64,000 nucleotides of DNA from Hypanus sabinus (lineage: Eukaryota). Under the pieces are notes generated by a model that did no database searches, had not been told where the DNA came from, and saw only the letters and a program-made list of their open reading frames with translations. Each line of letters begins with the position of its first letter. Position 1 is the stretch's first letter. Below are positions 14,400 to 27,321 of this stretch, piece after piece. The position numbers and the translations under genes were made by a program. Where the stretch lies: the NCBI RefSeq assembly GCF_030144855.1, contig NC_082736.1, forward strand, positions 16,926,001-16,990,000, given 5' to 3'.

Positions 14400-14526
14400 A
14401 GCGCTGTGTTGCGGAGAAACCATTGGAAATTGTTGGGTGTGGTAACGTGAAGGCCGAGCTAGACGATCAGAGGCCGCTCTTGGCTCTGTCAGTCACTCTG
14501 ACTCTGTCTCCTCCCCTCCCCGCCTC
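14400..14526 (+). promoter_or_regulatory. Gene-less H4 promoter copy
   Basis: Homologous to 21230-21347 (TTGGAAATTG...CACTCTGACTCTGTCTCCTCCCCTCCCCGCCTC); truncated before the TATA box. Confidence 0.75.
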
Positions 14527-15000
14527 ACCAGTCACTAACATCAGATCACAAAACAACCCTCTGCCAACACTCTGTCTCTGCGTGCAAAGCCAATTCTGTA
14601 TACAGCTTACAAAATGGCCTGACTGAGGCCCATATGAACCACATCACTAAACCTTGTCTGCTGACCTGGGTGAGGGTGTTTAGGACCAATGAACTGGTCT
14701 GTGTCTGCAGGGATGACCACTTTGACCACATAGTTATACACGATAATGAGAGGCACTGATCGTGTGGATAGTCAGAGGCTTTTCCCCAGGGCCAAAATGG
14801 CTAGCACGAGAGGGCATAGTTTTAAGCTGCTTGGAAGTAGGTACAGAGGAGATGTCGGGTAAGTTTTTTTTAACGCAGAGATTGGTGACTGTGTGGATTG
14901 GGCTGCCAGCGGTGATGGTGGAGGCGGGAACGATAGGGTATTTTAAGAGACTCCTGGATGGCTACATTGAGCTTAGAAAAATAGAGGGCTATGTATACAG

Positions 15001-15790
15001 TGTTACATACCCCGTAACTGGGTCACTTACCAGCAAAGATAGAGAGGTCTTTTGAATTCTGATGGTACTATTTTTAACACTATTTATTGATAAAAATACA
15101 CAAAAATAATATCAATGCAAACATACAGATAATATACGTTGTCAATACTAAATCTAAAAGCGCGGGTATAATAATAATCAATAAGAAATAGCTCTATCGT
15201 TGTCTAGGGGATAATGTATTGTGCGATGGAAATATAAAAGTCACTGAAGTTCATTCAAGCTGCAGCTTTTGATTGGAGAGAGAGGGACGGATTAAAACTT
15301 GCCCATTCCTTTTATGATGTCGATCCTTCGAGAGTCGTTGGGGCTGATTTCTCCTTTGTTGTTAGCTAAAGCCGTTCTTCTGTGGCAAGGCCCACCAATT
15401 CCGAGGCAAATGGAAAAGGACGCACGTGGCTTTCCACCGGCTTTCGCTATTACGCTGTTACAGGATTTCTAGCATTTCTTCTGGTACGTCTGAGGGGCTG
15501 TTCCCTCAGACCCTCTTTTATCCCCACTCACGGGGTCTCAGATGTCAATCAGGGTGGAGGGATGCCTCCCCTGAACCAGCCCACTTTTGGTCAATCCCTG
15601 AGGGCTTCGAATAGATAGCACTGTACTCAATACACAATTCCGTCTCCAAGAGACAATGGCCATTTCCCGTAGCTTTGTATCGCCGAGGGGCCAAGACATT
15701 CCAAACGTCTCTCTCTCATTTCCTGGGTCTCCTGACCTGAATTAATATCGATCTTGCGATTCTCAAAAAGGAGGGGGTGCAGGCGTAACA
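15001..15790 (-). repeat. 3' LTR
   Basis: TGTTAC...GTAACA termini; direct repeat of 19230-20009; minus-strand AATAAA at about 15083. Confidence 0.95.
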
Positions 15791-17149
15791 CCCCCTTTCT
15801 TCAACGCGTTTTGTACCATCGGAAAAAAACGAAGTAATACAGTCTTACAGGATTTTAGAATCTGACACAATACTAAAGTTTTTTTTTTCCACAGAGTAAT
15901 ACAGTTATACATTCAATTCAGCATCTAAACAGTTACCGATTACATTGTGACTTCCTTTAATATCTTAACATCTTGTACCTTACTAAAGTCTTGTAGCATC
16001 AGACTTCAATTTAATAACCACCTATTTTTCTTTTAGTTCTTATTTTTCCTTAGCAAACAAAAACTAAAGAGTTGTGATCTTAGCTTATGGGTATACTACA
16101 AAAGTTCATGCAAATACTAATCTTTATGTTGCTTTCAAACATAACAGGCAGGCTTCCATGGGGTTGTCTTTATTATTCACATGCTTTGTCGAAATCCCGT
16201 AAAACCAGCTTCTGCTATTTAAAAATGGCGTCCCCATTAACCCTCACCTCTTTTCCGGTTAATTCCCATGTGGGGAGCTTGTGCACCCTGGCGAAATAGG
16301 CTTTCGCCAACTCCTTCCATAGGAGTTATTTTATCAACAATGTGTTCCAAACTTAGACCATTTCCCGAATTTCCACCCAATTCTTTCATTTTATGCAAGT
16401 TGCTAGTTTTCTCTTCGGGACCCTGGAGGCTATTAGTATTCAGTTTAAACTCTGTTCAAACAGCATTTCAAATTCTGCCTTTTCACACCACACTCTGGAA
16501 TAACAATAGCGTGTGGGGCCCCGTTACCTTCCAACTCAACCTGTAATTGATTCACAGGCCTTGTTGTACCAGGCCATTATCTCTGTAGCCTGGTTGCTGC
16601 TTTTGATATCAGTCCAGCCTTTAAATTTTCTTCCTTCAATTTGGGAACGACATATTTCCCTTTTCCTTCAATAATAATATTCATCTCCCCACCTTTGATC
16701 TCCTCACTAACTTTTAACACACCTTCGAGAATAAACACCTGGGAACTCTCACTTCCCACTATTACCAAGGTTAACCCTTTCTTCACTGAACCAAATCTAT
16801 CTGACCCACAAGGACTGCATTCCTTTTCAACTGAATCAAATACCTCAGACTTCTTCTGTACCACGTGCATCCACATCTTGGACACACTCAAATGGGACAT
16901 TCGCCTCTTCCAGGCTTTCAATACCCGTACCCGGTCCAAATTCTAAATTCCCCTGATTCTCCCAGCTTCTCTCTGGGCAACTCCCTTCCGGAGTAAACTC
17001 AACCCCGTGGGCTGACTTCTTCAAGGTAAGGGCACCTTTTTCATCTAGGATTGCCCTCATTTCATTATTGGGAACACCTTTAGAATTGTCCACTTCTTCA
17101 AACAGTTCTGCCAAACCAGACAGATCATCCATGACCAACCCTGCACTTT

Positions 17150-19117
17150 TAACAGCTTTATCTGTTTCTCATCTTTACTTTGTGCCTCTCGAACTTTTCT
17201 CCTCGCTAAGGGCAGGTCTACCTCCTCTCCCTTACTCTCTTTCACTTTACTACTCTTAGTTTTACCACACTCTAAACCCTCGTGGTACAGGGCCGGTAAA
17301 AACGTCTCCGCCAAATCGATACTGGCCGGATTTAGAATGCTCTCATTCTCAGCTGCCTTTCTCGACATGCTGCGAGTGATCATTACCTTACCACCGGCTA
17401 ATTCATTACCCAGAAGGACGTCCGCGTTAGTTCTTGGGAATTCTGATCACACCCCCATTTCAACTAGCTCACAATTCATAATGATCTTATGCAAGGGCAC
17501 CATTTCCATCCCTTTTCCTATTCCTTTCACAGCTACCATTCCCGTCTTGCGACAAAAATCTAGTACCTTACAGCTAATTAATGACAGTTCAGCGCCCGTG
17601 TCTCTCCAGATCCGCACGGGAACCGGTGGGTCTCCCTCTCTCACAGACATGGTTCCGTTTGACATACAAGTCTCAGACCCTTCTCGTACTCTGTCTACCC
17701 GGGGAACTCTTGTCGATTTACTGATTACCACGGCACATCCGATAGGGACTGCTGCTTTCCCTTTTCCTGTCTCCTTCCTCAGAGCAAAGCACCGAGATGC
17801 AATATGTCCCCCCTTTCCACAATTAAAACAAGCCAAGCCCAGAAATCTCTGGCCGTCTTGCCTCTCCCCCTCAATCTTACCACTAGCTCCCGGCAGGACC
17901 TCTGCCTCAGCCGGCGGGCTTTCTCTATCGTTCCCACGGTATCTCTGGGAATTTTTATTCGAGGAAAACTTTGTCTTGTGGTTTAGGGCATATTCATCTG
18001 CGAACCTAGCAAATTCGGAGATGGACTTATTTGGCTCCTCATTCAAATACATCAGGATATCCTCCAAAACACAACCTTTAAATTCCTCAATCAGAATTAA
18101 CTCCCTGAGACGCCAAAAATCCTCTCCCACTATTTCTGCCGTGCTCCAACGATCCACGAGCACACCCTTCTCATAGGCAAACTTGGTATACGTCTGATTC
18201 CACCCTTTCTTTAAATTTCTGAACTTTTGTTTATACGCTTCAGGTACCAATTCATAACTCCGGAGAATGGCCGCTTTTACTTTGTCATAATTCTCCGTCT
18301 CTTCCTCCTCCATGGACAACGCCGTATATGCTCGTTGTGCCTTCCCTTTTCACACACTTTGTAACAGCGCCACCCACTGATCTCTGGGCCACTTTTGATT
18401 CACTGCCACCTTCTCAAAAAGCAAGAAATAACTATCAACATCTGTCTCCTCGAACTGAGGTACTAACCTCAACTCCCGACTGACATTAAACTGCTCTTCT
18501 CGGTCTGACCCTTGATCTCTTCGCTCTTGCCTTAACTTCTCCATCTCCAAGTCATGTTTCCTCTGTTTCTCTGCCTCCCTCTCCTTCTCAGCTCTTTCCT
18601 TTTCTTTCTCAGCTCTCTCTCTCTCCTTTTCAGCTGCTTCCAGCTGTTTCAACTGAATTTCATGCTCCCTTTGTTTCTCGGCCCGATCCTGCTCCATTTT
18701 CACCTCTAATTCCTTTAGCTGGAGCTCATGTTCCCGTTTCACCTCTAACTCCTTTAGCTGGAGCGCATGCTCCCTTTGTTTGACAGCCCTTTCTTTCTCT
18801 CTCTCGGCTCTTTCTTTCTCCTAGTCAGCAGCTTCCAGCTGCTTTAACTTAATTGCATGTTCCAACCTTAATTTCTCCAACTCTAACTGAGCCATCCCAC
18901 GAGCTGGTACCTTTTCAGGGATGTTTTCCAATACCTCAGCTGCAAACACATTCTTCCCACTATAATACTGAGTTATTGCCCTTCGCACCTCCTGCTTTTT
19001 CATGAAGAACCTCACCTCTGTGAGGTTTAGCCCTTTCGCCAGATTTATCAAGTCCGATTTGGTGGCCGCCTCTAGCGCCTCCAGAGTCGGGTTTTCTATA
19101 AATTCATCCACGTCCAT
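17150..19117 (-). pseudogene. Disrupted gag-protease of the LTR element
   Basis: MDVDEFIENPTLEAL..., E/K/R coiled-coil repeats, LVPQFEETDVDSYFLLFEKVA..WP, SCAN-like PEAYKQKFR..LRELILIEEF, CFNCGKGGHIASRC, RDTGAELSLI. In-frame stop at 18821 and frameshift at about 18345. Confidence 0.88.
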
Positions 19118-19229
19118 CTTTGCTGGTTTCCCGTCTGGCTACCCGCGTAACCAGATCCAAGTTTGGACTTATAAGACTGATTCACTGGCCTCCCAATTTG
19201 GTGTCAAATCTCAAAACGAGAACTCCAAT

Positions 19230-20009
19230 TGTTACGTACCCCGTAACTGGGTCACTTACCAGCAAAGATAGAGAGGTCCGTTGAAGTCTGCTGGTACTAT
19301 TTTTAACTGTATTTATTGATAAAAATACACAAAAATAATATCAGTGCAAACATACAGATAATATACGTCATCAATACTAAATCTAAAAGCGCGGGTATAA
19401 TAATAATCAATAAGAAATAGCTCTATTGTTGTCTCGGGGATAATGTATTGTGCGATGGAAATATAAAAGTCACTGAAGTTCATTCAAGATGCAGTTTTTG
19501 GTTGGAGAGAGAGACGGATTAAAACTTGCCCATTCCTTTTATGATGTCGATCCTTCGAGAGTCGTTGGGGCTGATTTCTCCTTTGTTGTTAGCTAAAGCC
19601 GTTCCTCTGTGGCAAGGCCCACCAATTCCGAGGCAAATGGAAAAGGACGCACGTGGCTTTCCACCGGCTTTCGCTATTACGCTGTTACAGGATTTCTAGC
19701 GTTTCTTCTGGTGCGTCTGAGGGGCTGTTCCCACAGACCCTCTTTTATCCCCACTCACGGGGGTCTCAGATGTCAATCAGGGTGGAGGGATGCCTCCCCT
19801 CAACCAGCCCACTTTTGGTCATTCCCTGAGGGTTTTGAATAAATATTGTGTACGCAATACACAATTCCGTCTCCAAGAGACAATGGCCGTTTCCTGTAGC
19901 ACCGAGGGGCTAAGACATTCCAAACGTCTCTCTCTCATTTCCTGGGTCTCCTGACCTGAATTAATAGCAAACTTGTGATTCTCAAAAAGGAGCGGCCGCA
20001 GGCGTAACA
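19230..20009 (-). repeat. 5' LTR
   Basis: TGTTAC...GTAACA termini; followed on the minus strand by the PBS-like sequence and the gag ATG at 19117. Confidence 0.95.
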
Positions 20010-20634
20010 ACAGCCTAGGTAGTTCTAAGGTAGGGACACGTACAGCACAGCTTTGTGGGCCAAAGGGCCTGTATTGTGCTGTCGGGTTTCTATGAGTTAC
20101 TCAAATAGTAACTCCAAATAGGAGGAAAAATAAGTAAATACGGAAGAAATAACAGATACAGAAACCTGCAGATTCTGTACACTGAAGCAAAAGCAGAAAA
20201 CAAAAATCCCCAGATCTGGTAGTTCATCAACCTTCCCAGCAAAACGTTTTAAACTGTAACAAAGCAAGGAGTAATTGCAAACTTCCAAAAGTTTCGACTG
20301 AGTTGTGAAGGCGGTGAGGATTCTGCAAAGGGGTAGATACCGGTGATGTGATCGAACACAGGTCTGGCAGCTGGGAGATTGTGGGGGAGGGAGGGTGTGA
20401 ACTTGTACATTTTGGCAGCAAAAATATATAATACAGAACATTTTCTAAATGTTCAGAGAGAACAGGACCTGGCAGTTCAGAGGGAACTTGGGTCCTGGTG
20501 CTCCAGATGGAATTTGGAATGCGAACAGGGGGTATCTGAAGAAGGGTTTTGGCCTAAAACGTTAACTCTGTTTCTCTGACCACGGGCACTGCCTGACCTG
20601 CTGCGTGTTTCCAGCTGTCTCCGTTTTCCTGGAA

Positions 20635-21050
20635 ACTCAGAGTTCGGACTTTATTCCCTGGAGCGTCGGAGAATGAGGGGAGACCTGATAGAGGTATATG
20701 ATGGGTATAAATAGAGTGAATGCAAGCAGACTTTTTAAACTGAGGCTAGGGGAGAAAAAATACAGACGACATGGGTTAAGGGTGAAGGAGCAAAAGTTTA
20801 AAGTGATCATGGGGGGGGGGCTTCTTCACACAGAGTGGTGGGAGTGTGCAATGAGCTGCCAGATGAAGTGGTATATGCGGGCTCACTTTTAACAGTGAAT
20901 GCGGCTGAAAAACTTAGACAGGCACATGAATGAGAGGTGTATGGAGGGATATGGGCCAGGTGCATGTTAGTGGGACTAGGCAGAAGAATGGTTCGGCACA
21001 GCCAAGAAGGGCCAGAAGGCCTGTTTCTGTGCGGTAATGTTCTATGCTTC
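20635..21050 (+). mobile_element. CR1 3' fragment
   Basis: SLERRRMRGDLIEVY-like coding sequence plus 3'UTR; absent from the paralogous segment at about 62900. Confidence 0.8.
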
Positions 21051-21239
21051 CCGTCCTCGCAATTGTCCCCTGGTTCAGAATTTCATCATTTAATTTTCGG
21101 AGAATTGAACAGAAATTTAAAGAGATTATGTGCCAGTTCTACAGCGAGCTATGTGTTAACGTTACAGACTGGCCTTCGATATTGAAGCTGTGTATCTGAA
21201 GGTTTTTCCGAGCGCTTTGTTTCTGCTCTGTTGCGGATA

Positions 21240-21761
<522 letters not shown>

Positions 21762-21794
21762 AAAACTCCCACTTCCTCCCGAGCACAACACAAA

Positions 21795-21835
21795 GGCTTT
21801 TCTAAGAGCCACCCACCGCCTCACAGAGGGAGCTA
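21795..21835 (+). terminator. Histone 3' stem-loop plus HDE (H4)
   Basis: AAA-GGCTTTTCTAAGAGCC-ACCCA (21795-21810) followed by purine-rich CAGAGGGAGCT. Confidence 0.93.
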
Positions 21836-22169
21836 TGTCCAAACTTAGGTTATATATTATTTTTCTTGTATAAATAATAAATTGTGTTAAACATTTGTAT
21901 ACAGTTTCATTGGACGTGCTTAAAATGCATGCGATTCTGCCTTTCAGGTGATGCCCGCAAAACCTCATTGAATGAATTAAAATTAAAATCGATCTTAATC
22001 TTCTTTGCCGTCACGAACAGAAATCAGTTCACTCCGAGAAGTATTCCAGTAGTTATGCATATATTCAAATTTTTGCATTTATTAAATGGAACTGAAAGCG
22101 AATAATCCGTGATTTAATTAATTGGGGAAAAGCATTTTCAAACACGGTTGCTGGTAATTTGAAAGTAAT

Positions 22170-22846
<677 letters not shown>

Positions 22847-22875
22847 GCCCAGCCTACACACCAAATACAAGAAAA

Positions 22876-22916
22876 GGCTCTTTTAAGAGCCACTACCACG
22901 GCAAAGGAAAGGGCTG
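22876..22916 (+). terminator. Histone 3' stem-loop plus HDE (H3)
   Basis: AAAA-GGCTCTTTTAAGAGCC-AC (22876-22891), then AAAGGAAAGGGCTG. Confidence 0.95.
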
Positions 22917-23099
22917 CCAAATATTGTACATGTTTGGTGTTGGTGTTTTGTGCAAGTAAACTAGTATTTTGTAGCTGGGACCTGAATGAAGCTCAGTCGG
23001 CAATGCCACCGCGTAGCTTATCATATATCCTCCCGCTGCAGATATCTCTCTCTCAACACGCTCCCTCCCCTCTCGCATCGGTTTCAGCAGTTCTTAAAA

Positions 23100-23140
23100 G
23101 GTTCTTTTAAGAGCCACTATCGCGGCAGAGGAAAGGGCTA
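23100..23140 (+). terminator. Orphan second H3-type stem-loop plus HDE
   Basis: AAAA-GGTTCTTTTAAGAGCC-ACTA...GAGGAAAGGGCTA, a copy of the H3 3' end with no CDS directly upstream. Confidence 0.8.
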
Positions 23141-24112
23141 TCAGTTCCTGCTTATTATTGTGGCGATGTACAATATCCCTCGGACATCCTCCTGAGGTGT
23201 CAATGTTTAATGGCTCTGTTCAGTTCTGCAAACAAATTCCAACACTCACGTCAGGTTAATGGAGCGAATAACCGGAGGTGAACGCAATCTCTCCCCATCA
23301 GCATCTCTACTGATCATTCATTTCTCCCACACACCAGCCAGGTACAGTTTGTGCGGCCGCTACCGTTTTCTTTGTTTTGCACAATGGGCATTCGTTCGAG
23401 CCTGGCTGTCCGTGGACCGCGAATGTTCCCCTCCTCCCCCAGAAAAGAGCGACCTCTCATCTTCCAGCTCCGCCTCCATTTTGTACAACCGCCAATTTCC
23501 AACGGTTTCGCGAAATACAACGATTTCCGCGATTTCTTAGACGCATAATGAAGGTCAGTCGGCAAAGCTACCGGGGGTTTATCATATTTCCTCCCCGTAC
23601 AGTCCATCCCCAGAAAGGGATCCCTCCCTTAACCCTCTCCCGGGAGTCATCCGTTCGCGATCTACACAGCTGAATTGAATTTTCGGCTGTAAGGCGCGGA
23701 AACTCCGCAGGCCATCAGGCTGCTTAATTCATGCTGACGCAACTGTATTTCTGTTATATTACCCATCCTGTTGTGTATAATATTTATTAAAAATTACTAT
23801 AAATTAGATATTTAGACGGATACATAAGGTAAAGATTTTGCTCCTCGTATCTCCGAACGATATAAGTAATAGGTCAATTCAATTCTGTCACTCCCCCGGG
23901 ATGGGGGAGGAACCAGGCTTGCGACCATATCTATCACAAACCCCGAGTGAAACTCAGCTTGAACGTCCAGGTTTCACTTCTAAAACGGACTCGTCACGGC
24001 CGCACCGAGTGTTACCAATTTCTCGGTATTGTCGGAGAAAATCCCGCGGAAATCTCTATCACGGGAAACACAATATCCAGGTTCAGCTCTTTTACTTACA
24101 AGTGGTGGATTC

Positions 24113-24562
24113 TCAATTCACTTTTTGACTGCTGTCTTCTTGGGATTTCGGCTTCTTGGCCGCCTTCGTCTTCGGGGCTGCTGCGGCTTTCTTTGGGCTT
24201 TTGGGCTTCGGCGCCACTTTCTTAGCCGCAGGTTTCTTAGCTGCCGCTTTCTTAGCCGCAGGTTTCTTAGCTGCCGCTTTCTTAGCCGATGGTTTCTTAG
24301 CCGCGGGTTTCTTACCTCCCGCTTTTTTAGCCGCTTTCCAGTTCCCATCTTGATCTGGGGGCGACGTTTCACCAGATCGACACCGCTGCCGGCCAGAGGA
24401 CATACCCTTCCTATCGCGACAACCCGCCACGATCTTATCGATCTGTTCGCTCAGCGTGGGACCGGTTGGTTTGCTCCGGGCAGCCGCCTTCTTCTTGGGA
24501 GTCTTCTTTGCGGCGGCGGGTGCGGCTGGAGGAGCCGTTTCGGCGGGTGCTGTCTCGGTCAT
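24113..24562 (-). pseudogene. H1: Histone H1 with internal deletions (globular domain broken, stem-loop lost)
   Basis: H1 N-tail MTETAPAETAPPAAPAAAKK and start of the globular domain (GPTLSEQIDKIVAGCRDRKGMS). LAGSGVDLVKRRPQIKMG lies in another frame. K/A/P-rich C-tail; the native end KKTAVKK* is in another frame. H1 box AAACACA (24704-24710) and a GC box lie upstream. Confidence 0.9.
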
Positions 24563-27088
24563 GTTGGCGACTCTGATAAATCCTTCTCACAATCAGAACT
24601 GAATGAGAAATGAAGCGAAAGGCGGCGGCACAGAGCAATTTAAAGGCAGCGAGCGGACGGGGCGGAGACATCCTGCTTTCAGCTCCAGGCAGCTTCATTT
24701 TTCTGTGTTTCTCTCTCCTCAAAAACTCGCTGATTCTAATTAAAATCGGACACTGCGGAAACTCGGACTAGTCCCCGTCCGTCACTGAGGCCGGAATGTT
24801 CGCTGGAAGGAAAGTTTAATCGGCATTAAAGGCAACACTTATTATTTTAACCAGTTTCGTTACTGCAATGCCCATGTTCTTTTTCCGGATCTTTGACTTG
24901 TTCTCTGTTTCTCGGCTGAAATATTTAAACTAATTAAAACTCTGCGGTTAATTCCGTCTTCAGGACTGAGCTGGGGAGTGAGGCGAGTCCGTAACAGAAA
25001 AATGTTTTCATTTCCTTCAGGGAGCGCTGGGACATCCGGCGATATGTTCGGACCCACAAACACAGTGACACTGGTCTAAGCCGCCCGCCCCTTTAAAGCA
25101 CTCTCTGAATCAGCAAGTCAGGCAGCATCTATGGTGGGAATAAACAGTCGACATTTCGGGCTGAGACCCTTCATCAGGATTCTGGTGGGAGATGCTGCCT
25201 GACTTGTTGGGTTCCTCCAGCATTTTCTCCGCGTTGTTCGCGATTCCCAGAATCTCTCGGGTTGATGCTCACACAATGTTCACATCTGCACCTTCACTGT
25301 GGCCTCCAATCATTTACACCACTGCAACATAATGTACAAAAGGATATACTCAATTCCGTGACTAGTGAAGACCAGCATGTCAGACACACAGAATGCTGGT
25401 GGAACGCGGCAGGCCAGGCAGCATTTTGTGTGCGTTGCTTGAATTTCCAGCACCTGCACATTTCCTTGTGTGTTCGTGCCAGCATGTTAAACCCCGTTCT
25501 GCACCAGCCTGTCTGCCAGTGAGACTACTTCAATGAACTGCTTGTACACTTTACCCCTAAATCTATCCGGTCCAGTGCACTCCGTAATGACCGATCATTC
25601 ATTGTGTAAATTCTACACTGGTTTGATTTTCGAATATGCACCGCCTCTCACTTACCTATATTGAATTGCATTTGCCACGCTGCGGTCCTCCTACCCAACC
25701 GATCAAGATCCCTCTTTAACCTGCGACTACCGTCTTCACTGTCAAGAACATGTACAAATCATTTATAATGAATGCCGAGGCTCCCAACTCCGGCCCCTGC
25801 GGCTTACCACTAATCACCAGCCTCCATTCTGTGAAAGAACCTTCAAGCACAACCCTCTGCTTCCTACATCCCAGACAACTTTGAATCCAGCTGACTAGCT
25901 CACCCTGTGTACAATGGGGCCTAACCTTCCAGACCAGGCTGCCATGTGAGACTTTTCCAAGGTCCATATAATAACACATATTTTTATCAAAAACTCAGAG
26001 ATTTTCAAACCACAACTCCCAATGCACAAAGCCTTTCGACACCTAACCAGACTCTGGCTATTCAAATGCTGGGACATCGTGACTCAGAATCCTCTCCAGT
26101 AGCTTCCCCACTACTGATATCAGGAGACCTGCTTGTACTTCCCGGCTTGTCCTTGCAAATGACAGAACAACATTAGCCTCTTTCCATTTTTCATGACTTT
26201 CATTAGCGGTCTGAGGATTTTCACCTCAGCCTCCATGAAGTAATTGCTCAGGTCCCGAGGAGTTATCCCCCACCTAATGCATTGTATGGCTGCATGTCAC
26301 ACCTCATCTGCAAACTCACTCACCAAATTCACAACAATGTCAGAGAAATTGTTCACATCGATGACAAATGACAGTACCAGCAACGATCTCTGTCAATGTC
26401 ACTGGTCAGAGGCCTCCAACCTGAATGACAAGCTGCCACGACCACCCTCGGTCTACTTCCACCAAGACGATTTTGTGATTCTGATGTTTAGCTGTGTTCA
26501 TCTGACATTGGTGAGGACGAAGCTGTCCTAAAACATTCAGTGTGGGTTCAGGCTCCTGTACCTCTGGCCCAATGGTAGTAATAAAAAGGGGGCACCTCCT
26601 GGATGGTCCAGTGGACATGAACCTGACATGGGAAACTGGAAAGGGAAACTGAATCTATTTAATGTACTGGTGAAGCAGTTGGACTTGTAGATTTGATCAA
26701 CAGGAGACACGGCCTTTCAGAAGAGAACAGCGACAGCCAGGTCTGTTGGCTCTGATGTACAGCAGGGGATGATGGAGTCAAGGAGATCTGTAGTCACTGG
26801 AATACTCCTGATGCCATGTACTGGTGAGGGCAGGAACAGGAGGACAGGGCAGACGGATGTGAGGATGAGGAGCTGGTACAGGAGGATGGGTTTAGGTTTC
26901 AGACCACTGGGATCTGTGCTGGGGCAGAGGTGAACAGTCGAAGTGAGACAGGCTGCACCTGAACTAAGCGGGTCAGTTGTGGGCAGATTTGTTAATGCAT
27001 CACAGGAGGATTGAAATGATTCTGACAGTAGGTTGGGTACCAAAACAGTGGTGTGGCAGATGATATCCCTTTACTCTGCTGTGAGTGT

Positions 27089-27321
27089 GGCTCCTAAAAG
27101 AGCCTTTTGTTGTGTTTCGTGCAAAGGCCAGGTTTAAGCAGGCTCCCCGCAAAAGCATCGAGCCAGCTGGATGGTAACGGCACGGATGGCGCACAGGTTA
27201 GTGTCCTCGAAGAGACCCACCAGGTAAGCCTCGCTAGCTTCCTGCAGGACCCTGACGGTCGAGCTCTGGAAGTGCAGATTGGCTTTGCAGTCCTGAGCGA
27301 TGTCCACCAGGTGCTGGAAAG
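27089..27321 (-). pseudogene. H3: Histone H3 pseudogene (3' half plus stem-loop)
   Basis: Minus strand gives degenerate FQHLV..IAQD...[21 protein letters not shown]. Stop at 27134-27136; stem-loop GGCTCTTTTAGGAGCC at 27089-27104. The 5' half is replaced by a Rex/Babar LINE. Confidence 0.9.

Larger units (their letters stand above)
15001..20009 (-). mobile_element. Non-autonomous Gmr1-like (Ty3/Gypsy) LTR retrotransposon with SCAN-like gag
   Basis: TG...CA LTRs at 15001-15790 and 19230-20009; 4-bp TSD ACAG (14997-15000 and 20010-20013). PPT AGAAAGGGGG next to the 3' LTR; degenerate tRNA-Pro-like PBS TGG..CTCGT....GATTTGA at about 19204-19227. Gag, CCHC knuckle and DTGA protease present, with an RNase H remnant last. 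Confidence 0.92.

Noticed and set aside
17337-18176. 279-aa + strand ORF
   Set aside because: Antisense to the gag-protease frame; no independent motifs.
17447-19117. Domesticated SCAN or SCAN-ZNF gene (with the ZNF at 34 kb)
   Set aside because: Gag lies between LTRs with a TSD, has a stop and a frameshift, and is on the opposite strand to the decayed ZNF 15 kb away.
24221-24310. 30-bp tandem repeat
   Set aside because: Encodes the ordinary KKAAAKKPAA repeats of the H1 tail.
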